DNA of 64,000 bases from a virus (IMGVR_UViG_3300031227_009907:17577-81576), one strand, 5' to 3'. Positions 16,908 to 27,101 are shown, counted from the stretch's first letter. A program made the numbers and translations. The notes: generated by a model not told the origin, from the letters alone.

Positions 16908-17108
16908 ATGGAGAAAGAAATGGAAGGGACCTATTCGGTTTATCCAGACAGTTATAATTCTTGGATTTGGAGTATTTATGTGGTAAGGAATGCTGGCGTT
17001 GGTTATGAGATAAAGCCTATTTATCATTATACTTCTCGTAAAAGTGCTATGAATGGAATGAGAAGGGCCGCTAAGAGATTTGGGATTACAGCACTTAGGA
17101 GGGAATAG
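16908..17108 (+). CDS. YegP/DUF1508-like miniprotein, copy 5
   Basis: WIWSI..YTSRKSAMNGMRRAAKRFGI. Confidence 0.75.
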   Translation: MEKEMEGTYSVYPDSYNSWIWSIYVVRNAGVGYEIKPIYHYTSRKSAMNGMRRAAKRFGITALRRE

Positions 17109-17111
17109 TCA

Positions 17112-17612
17112 ATGTCTTTAGCTTTTTTTAATAGACCAGATACTTATACTAATAAATTAGGTTCCAAGGAAATATGTGGTGTTGCATTAAAGACGTTTAA
17201 CTCTGAATTACTTGAAGTCCCCCTTGAGAAGCCCGATCTTCAAGAACATGTTCAAATGCAGGGCTCAGGGCTTTTGTATTTTAATATGTTGTTACAACGA
17301 GCTAAAAATACGGCAGATAAGGTAAATGCAGAATATGATGAATTGTTGGCATCAACAAAGTCGCAGGCCGTTACTGAGTTGAGAGAAGAGTCTGGGGCTA
17401 AAAGGCCCACTAATGATGAAATTAATGAGAGGTCAAAGACTATATTTGAGGATAAAAGGAGTGGTGCTAACGCATACTATGTTGGTTTAGAGAAGAAAAG
17501 AGATAGAGCAAATAAAATCCTCAGTATGCTTGAGATATGGGTTAGGTGTTGGACAGCAAAGAGTTTTGATATAGGTAGCCAGGCTAAACTTTTAGGTGGA
17601 GGAGACATGTAA
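17112..17612 (+). CDS. UvsY-like recombination mediator
   Basis: Helical protein with KRPT..I and KSF..L tail, directly before SSB and near RecA. Confidence 0.5.
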   Translation: MSLAFFNRPDTYTNKLGSKEICGVALKTFNSELLEVPLEKPDLQEHVQMQGSGLLYFNMLLQRAKNTADKVNAEYDELLASTKSQAVTELREESGAKRPTNDEINERSKTIFEDKRSGANAYYVGLEKKRDRANKILSMLEIWVRCWTAKSFDIGSQAKLLGGGDM

Positions 17613-18379
17613 TGGCTTATGATGCTTCTGAAATTGAAAAACGGATAAAGGACAGGCTTAAAGGTCGTGGGATGGGCGGTGGAAAGCTGTGGGTTGATTA
17701 TGATAGGAAAGTGACAAAGGTGCGATTGTATGGTGATTTTGTTGTGGTTCCTAAGCACTGGATTCCTGTGGGAGGGAATAAGCGGATTCCTGCTGTTTGC
17801 CCTGGGAAGGGGTGTAGAATTCATAAGCTTGTCGAGAAGTTGGGAGGATATAAAGACTATGAACAGACCGCGAAGAGCATGTGGGCAAGCGACAATTTTG
17901 TTTTTAATTGCTGGTGGTTGGATGAACCAAAAGATAAAAATGGGGATTTGATTTGGAAGGTTTGTGAACTGTCATGGTCTGCGATGTCTCAGGTGGTTGA
18001 TAAAGCGGCCGAAAAAGGAATTGATTATCTTGATCCCAAGAAAGGGCATATTCTCGGGATAGAAAAAATTAGTGTTAGAACAAAAGGAGGGAGGACTCGA
18101 AACCAGTATGCAATTCGTTTTTCTAAAGGGCCTAAGCCTATTCCGCGTGAGTTGCTTGATCTTGAGTTGAACGATATAGCGCCTCTATATCCTCCTTTTG
18201 GAGATGAAATTTGGCAGCAAGTAAGAAGCATATATCGTCCTAAATTGCTGAAACTTGAAGGAGATGTATCGACCAAAGAAGAGGGGGATAATTATGATGA
18301 AGATGAATATGGTGAAGATGAAGATGATACCGATGATGCCGGGGATGCTGTTATAGAGGATGATGATATTCCATTCTAA
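17612..18379 (+). CDS. gp32-like single-stranded DNA-binding protein
   Basis: HW..CP..C.I zinc motif, DP.KG..I.K..T.Y, acidic tail ending DDDIPF. Confidence 0.8.
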   Translation: MAYDASEIEKRIKDRLKGRGMGGGKLWVDYDRKVTKVRLYGDFVVVPKHWIPVGGNKRIPAVCPGKGCRIHKLVEKLGGYKDYEQTAKSMWASDNFVFNCWWLDEPKDKNGDLIWKVCELSWSAMSQVVDKAAEKGIDYLDPKKGHILGIEKISVRTKGGRTRNQYAIRFSKGPKPIPRELLDLELNDIAPLYPPFGDEIWQQVRSIYRPKLLKLEGDVSTKEEGDNYDEDEYGEDEDDTDDAGDAVIEDDDIPF

Positions 18380-18394
18380 ATAAAGGATAATGTA

Positions 18395-18649
18395 ATGGGG
18401 ATTAAAATTGAATCGGTACAAGATGAGTTTGACATTACAGTTTTAAAGCCCAAGGATACATTTGAATATGAGGGAAGGTATTATATGGTTGTGAATGTTG
18501 CCGCCATTATTAGTGGGGGAGAGGTTAAGGGGGATTTTTTCTGTGTTGATTTTGGCTCTGGGTTTGTTAATGTATTTTCTTCTAATCCAAAGAAATTAAG
18601 TCGTCCGTTTCGTAAGGTTGATTTTATTGCGCACGAAGAGAAAGTTTAA
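18395..18649 (+). CDS. hypothetical protein
   Basis: AAGGA SD. Confidence 0.6.
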   Translation: MGIKIESVQDEFDITVLKPKDTFEYEGRYYMVVNVAAIISGGEVKGDFFCVDFGSGFVNVFSSNPKKLSRPFRKVDFIAHEEKV

Positions 18650-18653
18650 CGAG

Positions 18654-19235
18654 ATGTCTTGGAAAGGAGTAAAAGATAAAGACGGTCTTTATAATTTTTG
18701 CACTCGCTGTTCTTTATGTGAGACAAGGCGGCAAATGGTCTTAGGGTACGGAGGGAATAAGGCTATCTTTGTGGGGGAGGCCCCAGGAGAGGAGGAGGAC
18801 TGGAAGGGGAGACCTTTTGTGGGGAAATCAGGGAGGCTTGCACGCAGGGGGCTAAACAATCTTGGTTTTTCCCATAAAAGTGGGTTTTTTATGAATACGG
18901 TTTTATGTCGTCCCCCTCGAAATAGGAACCCTACAGCAGATGAAATAAAAGCCTGTCGGTTTAGAGACCGTCTTTATCTTGCAGTTAAACTTAATGACTG
19001 TAATACCGTAATATGTTTAGGGAAAGTTGCCTTTAGTGCCGTTGTTAATGATCGTGATATGTTTGAGACATTATGGAGGATGGAAAAATGTAAATATAGG
19101 ATGAAACTCAGGGATATTACAGTTTTTGTTGGGAAAACTAAACATCCTGCTTATTATCTAAGGCAACCCGATTCGCAGAAAAGTTTTGAGAGTGATATGT
19201 ATAAAACCTTAAATTTTCTTGGCCTTTTACAGTAA
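18654..19235 (+). CDS. uracil-DNA glycosylase family 4
   Basis: C..C.LC Fe-S ligands, GEAPG, GRPFVG.SG, CRPP.NR.P, HPAY. Confidence 0.9.
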   Translation: MSWKGVKDKDGLYNFCTRCSLCETRRQMVLGYGGNKAIFVGEAPGEEEDWKGRPFVGKSGRLARRGLNNLGFSHKSGFFMNTVLCRPPRNRNPTADEIKACRFRDRLYLAVKLNDCNTVICLGKVAFSAVVNDRDMFETLWRMEKCKYRMKLRDITVFVGKTKHPAYYLRQPDSQKSFESDMYKTLNFLGLLQ

Positions 19236-19247
19236 AGGAAAATAATT

Positions 19248-19484
19248 TTGCATAAGTGTATTGAAAATTGGGCAAATGTAGTTGCTGGAAACGTAAGGAA
19301 TTATATTGCTAAGGTGAGAGAGGCCAGGGAGAATGATTTGGAGATAGAAGCGGCATTTAATGAAGGGACCGTTAATGGGCTGAGGATAGCTGTCGCTAAA
19401 ATGCTAATGTCTATGGCCATGGAAATGGAAGATACTAGCAATTCCTTACAGACTATAATTGACGAGTGTAAGAGGATAAATTAA
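19248..19484 (+). CDS. hypothetical protein
   Basis: TTG start after AAGGA. Confidence 0.5.
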   Translation: MHKCIENWANVVAGNVRNYIAKVREARENDLEIEAAFNEGTVNGLRIAVAKMLMSMAMEMEDTSNSLQTIIDECKRIN

Positions 19485-20501
19485 TTGAAAGGAAGAAGCT
19501 TTACAACGCTAAAGAATAAATTAGCTAAGGAATTTCCTGGCTTGATATTTACTCCTGACGAGATTAAGCCCTCCTTAATTATGTCGTCCGGTTGCATAGG
19601 GATTGACTGGATTACAAGGATCGGGGGGTATGAGGCAGGGAGAATATATGAAATATCTGGGCCTGAGCATTCGGGGAAGACAACACTTGCATTACTATTC
19701 ATTAAGCAATGTCAGAAAAAAAATATCCCATGTGTGTACATTGACGCAGAACATTCAATGGATAAAGATTATGCCAGGTTCCTTGGGGTTAATGTTGATG
19801 AACTTATCTACGCTCTTCCTGATACGATGGAAGAAGCTTTTGAAATAGTTGAGAAAATAGCAGAGCAATCTTCCATTGATAATTCTAAATGTGTTGTAAT
19901 TGATTCATTTGCTGCTTTAGCCCCAAAAAGAGAGATTGACGGGGGTGTTTCTAAAGACACAATAGGGATACAAGCTTCGGTTATGAGTCGCTCATTGCGC
20001 TTGTTGAAAAATAAATTGCGTAGAGGAGGGTGTTTTCTTTTAGGGACAAACCAGGTGAGGCAAAAGGTGGGAGGGTATTTGTCTGGCATAGAGATTACCC
20101 CATGTGGGCAGGCCCTTAAGCATTACGCTTCTGTGCGAATAAAGCTATCTAATTATTCTTGGGTTAGGAAAGGTGGAGTTAAAACCGGAAAGGCTGTAGC
20201 ACATAGGATACGTGCCAAGGTTATCAAAAATAGGATGGGATGTCCTTTTTATTCAACCGAGTTTAATTTAAGGTTTGAAGGAAAAATTGGGCTAGATCAA
20301 ACGCTTAGCATTATTGATACGGCTATAGCGGCTAAGGTCTTAAGGAAGGTCCAAAGGAACAAGAAGAAGGTTTTGGTCTTAGGAGATATGGAGTGGAAAA
20401 GTATGAAAGAATTTGGCGGTAGTGTCAATAAAGATGTTCTTAGAAAGATGGTTGTATTGATTAGGGAAAGAATTCAGGAAGATAGGAAAAGTTTGTCTTA
20501 A
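19485..20501 (+). CDS. recA: RecA recombinase
   Basis: GPEHSGKTT Walker A, YIDAEH, VIDS.AAL.PK.E, NQVR, KVIKN. Confidence 0.95.
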   Translation: MKGRSFTTLKNKLAKEFPGLIFTPDEIKPSLIMSSGCIGIDWITRIGGYEAGRIYEISGPEHSGKTTLALLFIKQCQKKNIPCVYIDAEHSMDKDYARFLGVNVDELIYALPDTMEEAFEIVEKIAEQSSIDNSKCVVIDSFAALAPKREIDGGVSKDTIGIQASVMSRSLRLLKNKLRRGGCFLLGTNQVRQKVGGYLSGIEITPCGQALKHYASVRIKLSNYSWVRKGGVKTGKAVAHRIRAKVIKNRMGCPFYSTEFNLRFEGKIGLDQTLSIIDTAIAAKVLRKVQRNKKKVLVLGDMEWKSMKEFGGSVNKDVLRKMVVLIRERIQEDRKSLS

Positions 20502-20545
20502 GGGGGTATGGTCTTAATTGAGATACTAATTATGCGGAGGTTGGA

Positions 20546-21664
20546 GTGAAGGTTTATCATATTGCCGATTTACACATAAGAAATGGTTTTACCTGTGGGG
20601 TAATGAGAAACGGGTTTGATTCTCGATTGTTTGACCTGAGAAAGCTTTTGATGTCCGTTGCTTTTGATGCGGCTAAATATAAAAAGAAGAGTAAGGGCGA
20701 ACAGGTAGTCCTTATAGTTTCGGGCGATGTATTTAATAGCCCAGACCCAGATACAATATCTCGCTGTGTCTTTGATGAATTTTTATTTTTTTGCCTTGAA
20801 AATTTTATTTATATAGTGATGATACCAGGTAATCACGAGGTAGAAGGGGCGTATACGTCTCTTGATAATTATGCAAGTATGAACCTTAATCCTTTAATGG
20901 TTAGCACCTGTAAGAGTAAATGTTTTGATGTATGGGAGAAGGGAAGGATTGGGGTTGTCCCTTGGCAGGAAGATATTGGAAAGATGATTGACGGGATTAA
21001 GAAGGTTAAGAGGGGAGGGGCTGCAATCCTAGTTACTCATGGGATAGTTGAAGGGTTTGCTCCGAATAATTGGGAAGAGAGAAATGAGTTAGACGGTAGA
21101 ATACCGGTTAAGCTACTTAGGGACTTTGAATATTGTGCATTAGGTCATTTACATTGCAATCATTTCTCTAAGAATATTGGATACCCTGGAGGAATTATAA
21201 GGGAGGGTTTTCACGAAGGAAATGTTGAAAAAGGAGTTATTGAACTCACATTTAAAGGGGGGAAGCTTACACATAAGGTTTGTAAGATTTTTACTGATAA
21301 GCTTTTTGCTATTTATACTTTTAGCAAATCGGGATGGAAAAAATATAATGCTGACTTAAGCAGTGGATGTATTAATTTTGTTAGATTTAATATCCCATCT
21401 TCTTTAATCCGTTATAAGCAAAAGTTGATTGACAAAGTTCGTAGAGATGGGATAGACTATGTAGAGGCGTGTCGCTTAAATGGGCCTATCAGCCAAGGAG
21501 GGGAAGGAAGGAAAATTGAGAAGGCTAATGTTGTAAAAGGAAAGGGATTAAAAGAGTTTATGGAAGAATGTATTGTAAGTGAAATAAGCCGTAAAGGATT
21601 TAAAATGGCCGATGAGATAAAATCTGTTTGTTGCAAGGCTTTAGATAAAGTATCTATAGAATAG
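20546..21664 (+). CDS. SbcD/Mre11-like nuclease
   Basis: ADLH, GDVF, GNHE, HG, GHLH motifs. Confidence 0.9.
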   Translation: MKVYHIADLHIRNGFTCGVMRNGFDSRLFDLRKLLMSVAFDAAKYKKKSKGEQVVLIVSGDVFNSPDPDTISRCVFDEFLFFCLENFIYIVMIPGNHEVEGAYTSLDNYASMNLNPLMVSTCKSKCFDVWEKGRIGVVPWQEDIGKMIDGIKKVKRGGAAILVTHGIVEGFAPNNWEERNELDGRIPVKLLRDFEYCALGHLHCNHFSKNIGYPGGIIREGFHEGNVEKGVIELTFKGGKLTHKVCKIFTDKLFAIYTFSKSGWKKYNADLSSGCINFVRFNIPSSLIRYKQKLIDKVRRDGIDYVEACRLNGPISQGGEGRKIEKANVVKGKGLKEFMEECIVSEISRKGFKMADEIKSVCCKALDKVSIE

Positions 21665-21674
21665 GAGAGAAAAG

Positions 21675-21893
21675 ATGGGTCTTTACTTAACAAGAGATGT
21701 AGAAGGGTATGGACTTTGGAATGGGATGCCACTTTATAGTAAAAGGGAAGGGGCGTTTGTTGTCAAGAACAACTTTATACTAAATTATTGGGGAAATAAG
21801 CGGCCTTGGATGGTAAAACTTAAAGTGGGGGAGATTATGAAAATAGACTATATAGACGGCAATATACGGCAAAGAAAAGTAAAAAAAACATAA
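21675..21893 (+). CDS. hypothetical protein
   Basis: AGGAG SD. Confidence 0.6.
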   Translation: MGLYLTRDVEGYGLWNGMPLYSKREGAFVVKNNFILNYWGNKRPWMVKLKVGEIMKIDYIDGNIRQRKVKKT

Positions 21894-21908
21894 AAGGTAT
21901 ACAGTGTT

Positions 21909-23624
21909 ATGCAATTGTTAAGCCTTAAATTACATAATATATTTTGTTACAAAGATGTAGAACTATCTTTTAATGATATGTCTTCAGGGACTGTGTTGGT
22001 GTGTGGGCAAAAAGACGGGGATATGAAAGCCTCTAATTATTCAGGGAAAACATCTTTATTCGAGGCTATTACGTGGGCGTTGTATGGACAGGTCTATAAG
22101 GCGAAAGGAGAGATAAGAAGCGGTACTACAAGGGCTCTTAAGGTGCTGAGGTCGGGGAGTAAGCAGGGTTGGGCCGTATTGTCGTTTATGATCGATAATC
22201 ATAAAGTGGTTGTTAAGCGTTCATGTTCCGGAACTGTTAAAATATCTGAAGGGGATAAAGAACATAGTTTCTCAAGGGTAACGAAAGCTAATGAATATAT
22301 CGAAAAAAATATTATTAGGATGAGCTTCGATGCTTGGATTAATAGTATTATGTTTAGTGGTGAGAGATTTGCTAATTTTCTTTCCCTTAGTTCATCTCAG
22401 AGGAAACAGGTATTGGAGGAGGCAATCCGTGTTGAAATACTAAGGAAGGCGGGAGATATTGTCGGGAAGAAATTGAAGTCAGAGGCTATTAAATTAGATG
22501 ATATTGACAAACGAAAGCAAAATATAAGCGGGAGAATAACAACCTATAAAAAGCTTATTGGTGAATATGGTGTAAAGGATTTTCAAGGAGAAAGAGAACG
22601 TATAATTAATGAAATTGCTAAATTAGAGTGCGACAGTAGGAAGAATAAGAAGGAATACAGGAGGGTCGAGAAGAAACTATACTCCCTTGACAATGAAAAG
22701 GCTTTGTTGGGGGCACATAGAAAAGGGGGGTATGCTGAGAAGAAAGTGAAAGAGGGTTTTGCAAGTCTTGTGTCTAAAAATCCAGCCATGTGTCCTATTT
22801 GTGGGCATGATGCCGGAAGAAAACTTCCTGATATGATATTGTCTTTTATGGATAGACTTTGCGCTTTATGCTTTGGTCCTAGCGATGTTGGTAAAATTGA
22901 GATTTTAAATAAGAAGCAGGAGGCTGTTGAGCGTGTTTTTACAAAATTAGAAGAGAATGAAAGAGCTTTTACTGATAAGATTTATTCCCTACATGAACGC
23001 TTAAAAGATTTTGATAAACTGTTATCTCTAATTAAGGCGAAGGATGACTACAAGAAAAACTTGAGGAGCCTTTCTATAGGTTATCGAAAACAAGCCATAC
23101 TCTGCGATGAGGTGCTTCGTCCGTCTGTGCGGGTGCTTGGAGTGGATGGGGCTGTCAATGTGGCCTTAGAGGCGATCTGTGGTAGTATTCTCAATACCCG
23201 TCCCAATGAATACCTTGCCCAGATTGATTGTCCTTTCCGTGTAAAGTTTGTGCTAGATAATAAACTTCACATATTTGTTGTCCGAGGGAAGGAAGAGGCT
23301 GACATAAGGAGTCTATCGACGAGCGAGAAAGTAATCTTGTCGATAGCAATTTCCCTGGCCCTTGGTGATATTTTTATTACCTATAGTAGGCCAGTGAATT
23401 TTATTGTTTATGATGAGCCGTTTATATGCGTAGACATTAAAAATAGTGAAAAGATAATGGATTTGTTCAAGGGAATAGCTAGAGAGTGGGGGATACTCGT
23501 ATTTATCATTTCTAATAGATTTGACATCATTAGTATACATAAAAATTCTCCTTGTGTTTTTGTGGACAATAACAACGGCATATCTGATGTTAGTTATTTA
23601 AATAGGGTCCCTGTAAATAATTAA
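21909..23624 (+). CDS. SbcC/Rad50-like SMC ATPase
   Basis: NYSGKTS Walker A, coiled coil, CPICG zinc hook, LSTSEK signature, YDEP Walker B. Confidence 0.9.
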   Translation: MQLLSLKLHNIFCYKDVELSFNDMSSGTVLVCGQKDGDMKASNYSGKTSLFEAITWALYGQVYKAKGEIRSGTTRALKVLRSGSKQGWAVLSFMIDNHKVVVKRSCSGTVKISEGDKEHSFSRVTKANEYIEKNIIRMSFDAWINSIMFSGERFANFLSLSSSQRKQVLEEAIRVEILRKAGDIVGKKLKSEAIKLDDIDKRKQNISGRITTYKKLIGEYGVKDFQGERERIINEIAKLECDSRKNKKEYRRVEKKLYSLDNEKALLGAHRKGGYAEKKVKEGFASLVSKNPAMCPICGHDAGRKLPDMILSFMDRLCALCFGPSDVGKIEILNKKQEAVERVFTKLEENERAFTDKIYSLHERLKDFDKLLSLIKAKDDYKKNLRSLSIGYRKQAILCDEVLRPSVRVLGVDGAVNVALEAICGSILNTRPNEYLAQIDCPFRVKFVLDNKLHIFVVRGKEEADIRSLSTSEKVILSIAISLALGDIFITYSRPVNFIVYDEPFICVDIKNSEKIMDLFKGIAREWGILVFIISNRFDIISIHKNSPCVFVDNNNGISDVSYLNRVPVNN

Positions 23625-23638
23625 TAAGGGAGAGGAAT

Positions 23639-23857
23639 GTGAGGAGGCACGTAGATGAAGATGACGAACTATCTTTTGGTGAATTGTTGGATGAGGATGA
23701 AGAACTGGTATGTGGGGAATATGACATTGAAGAGAGGTATAAAAGAAATGTTGATTTGGAGGGGAGTATTTTTGTTTGCGGTGTAGCTCTTGTGGGGCTT
23801 ATTGTTCTTGCTGTAATAGCTTTGGTTGTTAGAAAAAATAATAATGAAAAAGAATAA
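23639..23857 (+). CDS. small membrane protein
   Basis: Acidic N-terminus, C-terminal TM. Confidence 0.55.
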   Translation: MRRHVDEDDELSFGELLDEDEELVCGEYDIEERYKRNVDLEGSIFVCGVALVGLIVLAVIALVVRKNNNEKE

Positions 23858-24821
23858 TAGATATCTATTTGTTGATGGCAACTACCTGATGCACAGGTCT
23901 TTTCATTCCATCAGTGGCCTTGAGTCGTCAGATGGGATTGCCACCAATGCAATATATGGGTTTTTGAAGACATTTATGATGGTTTTAAGGAGGTTTTCTC
24001 CTGGGCGTATTCTTGTTGCATGGGATTGCATGAGAGAGGAAAATGCAAGAGTAATGTGGACCAAGAAATTGCTTAAGGAGGGGAAGATAAAGAAGTCTTA
24101 TAAGTCTTCTCGTGGTAAGGCGAATAAAGGAGATGACTTATATACTCAGTTTGATTACACGAAGAAGATATTAGGTTTGCTTGGTGTTAGCCAGCTTATG
24201 ATAAATCATTTTGAGGCAGATGATATAATCGCTGGGGCTGTGAGTGCCGTTAGTCTTACAAAATTAAAGGCACATGAGATTATTATTTTAACAGGAGATA
24301 AAGATTACGTTCAATTACTGTCATTCCCAAATGTTAGGCTGTGTTTTTATGATGTTTCTAAAAAAGAATGGGTAGTTTATGAAAGTGGGGATATTATTGA
24401 TGGGGTCAAACCTGAAGATTGGGTTTATTATGGTAGCTTAATGGGGGATGCGTCAGATGATATCCCTGGTGTCCCTGGTATAGGTCCTGCTAAGGCTAAA
24501 GTGCTCATGGAGCATGTTGCTTATGAGGATATTCTTAGGTATAATTCTTTAAGTGTTTTAGACAGGGCCTGTTTTAGGACAGGGCATTCTGAGAATGTGT
24601 TAAAGATTTTTGATGCGGTAATGAAGAATTATGAATTATTTATTACAAGTAGGGCATTAAAAGAGATGAAGGGGGATGTTTTACGTAAAAGTGAAAAATT
24701 AATAGGCTGTAATTTTAGGCTAAAAAAACCCTCTGTTAAAGCTCTTGGAGAAATTTTCAATGAATTAGATATGAATGAAATTACTCCGCTTCACCTTATT
24801 AGATGTACTGGGAGGCTGTAA
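23844..24821 (+). CDS. 5'-3' exonuclease / flap endonuclease (Pol I N-terminal type)
   Basis: VDGNY..R, EADDII, TGDKD..QL, GD.SD.IPGVPGIG. Confidence 0.95.
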   Translation: MKKNNRYLFVDGNYLMHRSFHSISGLESSDGIATNAIYGFLKTFMMVLRRFSPGRILVAWDCMREENARVMWTKKLLKEGKIKKSYKSSRGKANKGDDLYTQFDYTKKILGLLGVSQLMINHFEADDIIAGAVSAVSLTKLKAHEIIILTGDKDYVQLLSFPNVRLCFYDVSKKEWVVYESGDIIDGVKPEDWVYYGSLMGDASDDIPGVPGIGPAKAKVLMEHVAYEDILRYNSLSVLDRACFRTGHSENVLKIFDAVMKNYELFITSRALKEMKGDVLRKSEKLIGCNFRLKKPSVKALGEIFNELDMNEITPLHLIRCTGRL

Positions 24822-24823
24822 AA

Positions 24824-25369
24824 ATGAAGAAGTATCTAGGATTTGTTGGGTTTGATCCAGGGACAAAAGGGGGCGCTATTGCGTTGTTGGTTTCCCCAAG
24901 GAGAGAAAAGGAAAAGGTAAGTTTTGTTAAGTCTTTGGATTTTCACCTTGTTCCTACGTTGGGCGGAAGAAAAGATTGTGTGGATGTATATTGGTTGAAT
25001 GATGTTCTTCAGAAATGGAATGAGCACAAGAATATATCCATAGAAATGGTTGCTATTGAGGATGTTCACGCTTTCCCTAAGCAGGGGGTGGCGAGTGCTT
25101 TTTGGTTTGGGGATAGTTTTGGGGCGATCAAGAGTGCTGTAGCGGCCATTAGAGCCCCCTGTAAGCTTGTTACTCCTGCGAGATGGCAGAAGGCCACCAT
25201 TGGTAAAAGGGCTGGAGGAAACCATGAGTTAATACGTTCTGAGGCGATAAGGATGTTTCCCGATGTTGACTTGAGTAATAAAGGGGACCACAATAGAGCG
25301 TGTGCGCTAATGCTTGCGAAGTATGCTAAAATGGGTTATTATGGAGAAATTATAGATGGTAAAAAATAG
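24824..25369 (+). CDS. RuvC-like Holliday junction resolvase
   Basis: GFDPG..G.IA, IEDV, QGV.S.F.FG, P..WQK. Confidence 0.8.
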   Translation: MKKYLGFVGFDPGTKGGAIALLVSPRREKEKVSFVKSLDFHLVPTLGGRKDCVDVYWLNDVLQKWNEHKNISIEMVAIEDVHAFPKQGVASAFWFGDSFGAIKSAVAAIRAPCKLVTPARWQKATIGKRAGGNHELIRSEAIRMFPDVDLSNKGDHNRACALMLAKYAKMGYYGEIIDGKK

Positions 25370-25404
25370 AGTTAAAGCCGATAATCTATTTAAGGGGTGT
25401 TTGA

Positions 25405-25605
25405 ATGAACTCCTATGTAAGTATTGAAATTGCTAAGGGAGGATATTGTTGGTGTATTGATTTTGTATCAGAGGGTGTGTGTATTGACATGGATTGCGAT
25501 GAAATTTATACTACTAAAAAAGGAGCTATCAGGGGTTGTAAAAAATGGTTGAAGAAAATTGATCTGAAGGCGGTATGGGAACATAATGGTGAGGCTTTTA
25601 ATTAA
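25405..25605 (+). CDS. YegP/DUF1508-like miniprotein, dispersed copy 6
   Basis: GGYCWCI..YTTKKGAIRGCKKWLKKI. Confidence 0.65.
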   Translation: MNSYVSIEIAKGGYCWCIDFVSEGVCIDMDCDEIYTTKKGAIRGCKKWLKKIDLKAVWEHNGEAFN

Positions 25606-25617
25606 AAGGAGTTAGAG

Positions 25618-25887
25618 ATGGCGGATGGAAATAGGAACCAGTTTGTTATCTTTTTTAAGTCGGGATCATTTGTAAGGGTTATGTCCAGTATTGATCTTGT
25701 GCAAAAGTTTAGTGTAGCTAAAGCGGCTAAAGAGGACCAGTTCCTTGTAGCAACGACTAGCGGGGATGTTGTTGGCATGATTTCAACGGACATAGATGCG
25801 ATTGTAAATTCTAATGTTACTACATTTAATTATTCTAGGGCTGGTGGACACCCAATGCAGAGGCCGTATAACAGTGAGAGAACCTAA
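25618..25887 (+). CDS. hypothetical protein
   Basis: AAGGAG SD. Confidence 0.65.
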   Translation: MADGNRNQFVIFFKSGSFVRVMSSIDLVQKFSVAKAAKEDQFLVATTSGDVVGMISTDIDAIVNSNVTTFNYSRAGGHPMQRPYNSERT

Positions 25888-25901
25888 GAGGGAACAGTAA
25901 A

Positions 25902-26228
25902 ATGGGTATTATTGACATTAGCGTAGTTGGTGTAACATTTGGTGATCGTCCCAATAAGATTAAAAGAATTTCTGAGGCCGTTGATAAAGGAAAAACAATT
26001 GATGTATCCTTGAAACCAGTAAAAAATGAATATGACCCCATGGCTGTTGCTGTGTGCTACATGGAAAATGGGAAGAGTGTTCAGGTTGGATTTGTCCCGA
26101 AAGAGATAGCGGGCCTTATAAGGATGGCTTTACACGATAATATGGTTAAGAAAGTTGTATTGGATGATGTTGGATATGATGAGCAGAAGAAGATTCCTTG
26201 GATGCGTATAAAAGTAGGAATGGGATAA
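25902..26228 (+). CDS. HIRAN domain protein
   Basis: VVGVTF..R, NEYDP.AVAV, VGFVPKE. Confidence 0.85.
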   Translation: MGIIDISVVGVTFGDRPNKIKRISEAVDKGKTIDVSLKPVKNEYDPMAVAVCYMENGKSVQVGFVPKEIAGLIRMALHDNMVKKVVLDDVGYDEQKKIPWMRIKVGMG

Positions 26229-26440
26229 TGGAAATATATGTGGGAGATGGAGCTGTTAAGAAATTGAATGAGATGACACAAGACTGCGAAGAACGGCATG
26301 AAGCTGGATGGCCTATTAAGTGTGCTAATTGTGGAGCATATTATTCTCCTGATGAGGATTGGCAAGATCACACAGTTTGTTCGCTTGAATGTAGTGCGGA
26401 TTATGCTGCTTATTTAAATGGGGTTATCGCAGGATTTTAG
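26228..26440 (+). CDS. Zn-finger miniprotein
   Basis: CANC..CSLEC. Confidence 0.55.
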   Translation: MEIYVGDGAVKKLNEMTQDCEERHEAGWPIKCANCGAYYSPDEDWQDHTVCSLECSADYAAYLNGVIAGF

Positions 26441-26473
26441 TTGTATAATTAGTTTTTAGAATAGGATAATACG

Positions 26474-26758
26474 ATGAAAAACTGTCCGAAATGTGGGGCG
26501 TTAGCAGTTCTTTTCGCTGATTACGAAAAGAATGATCTCTCGGCTCTTGGGTTACGATGTTTAGATAGGTGTGGGTGGATGCGCACTATGGCGGATGTTG
26601 AAGCCGAGAATGTTAAGCTTAAATCTGAGATAAAAGATGTCTTTAAAGGATTAAAAGAAATTTTATCGCCCATGAGCCTTTGTTTAACAGGAGGCGTAGA
26701 ATGGAATAGTTTAAAAATACAACTAAATAATGTCTTGTGTAGAATCAATACCGAATAA
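26474..26758 (+). CDS. Zn-ribbon + coiled-coil protein
   Basis: CPKC..C...C. Confidence 0.6.
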   Translation: MKNCPKCGALAVLFADYEKNDLSALGLRCLDRCGWMRTMADVEAENVKLKSEIKDVFKGLKEILSPMSLCLTGGVEWNSLKIQLNNVLCRINTE

Positions 26759-26796
26759 ATAGGCGTAGGGTGCATTTAAAGGTGGAGATAGGATAG

Positions 26797-26925
26797 ATGC
26801 CTAAGATTATTTATGTAGAAAAAGCTTTTCGACCTGATAGTCTTTTAATGATTGACAAAGCTAAGGAAGGGGATGATCGTAAAAAATTAAAAGAAGTGTC
26901 TAAATTAGTTTTTAGGAGAGAATGA
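26797..26925 (+). pseudogene. 42-aa ORF, possibly an internally deleted gene remnant
   Basis: MPKIIYVEKAFRPDSLLMIDKA resembles, from memory, the N-terminus of longer phage TOPRIM-like proteins. Confidence 0.3.
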
Positions 26926-26968
26926 AAGGCTATAGGATGAAAGGACGGAGGTTACAGAAATGAACATG

Positions 26969-27087
26969 GGCGCGGGTGGCGCAATGCGCCGGATCGCAGA
27001 TGAGTCTTATGCTGACGACGGGATGGTCATATGCACCCGCCCGCTGGAGCCGGTTGGGGAAAGCCGGTGCCCGCGCCTTGTTTTTTT
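26969..27087 (+). ncRNA. putative GC-rich structured RNA 3
   Basis: GGCGCGGGT/GCCCGCGCC closing stem, GGCGC/GCGCC, CGGG/CCCG, CCGGTT/AGCCGG hairpins, T-tract; overlaps a 46-aa ORF. Confidence 0.45.
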
Positions 27088-27101
27088 AAAGGAGACGTAG
27101 A

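Noticed and set aside
16108-17108. Diversity-generating retroelement TR/VR pairs
   Set aside because: Paralog differences are not adenine-specific and there is no reverse transcriptase in the window
27012-27063. Hammerhead ribozyme (CTGACGA..GAAA)
   Set aside because: GAAA does not directly follow the stem after CTGACGA and stems I/III cannot be formed
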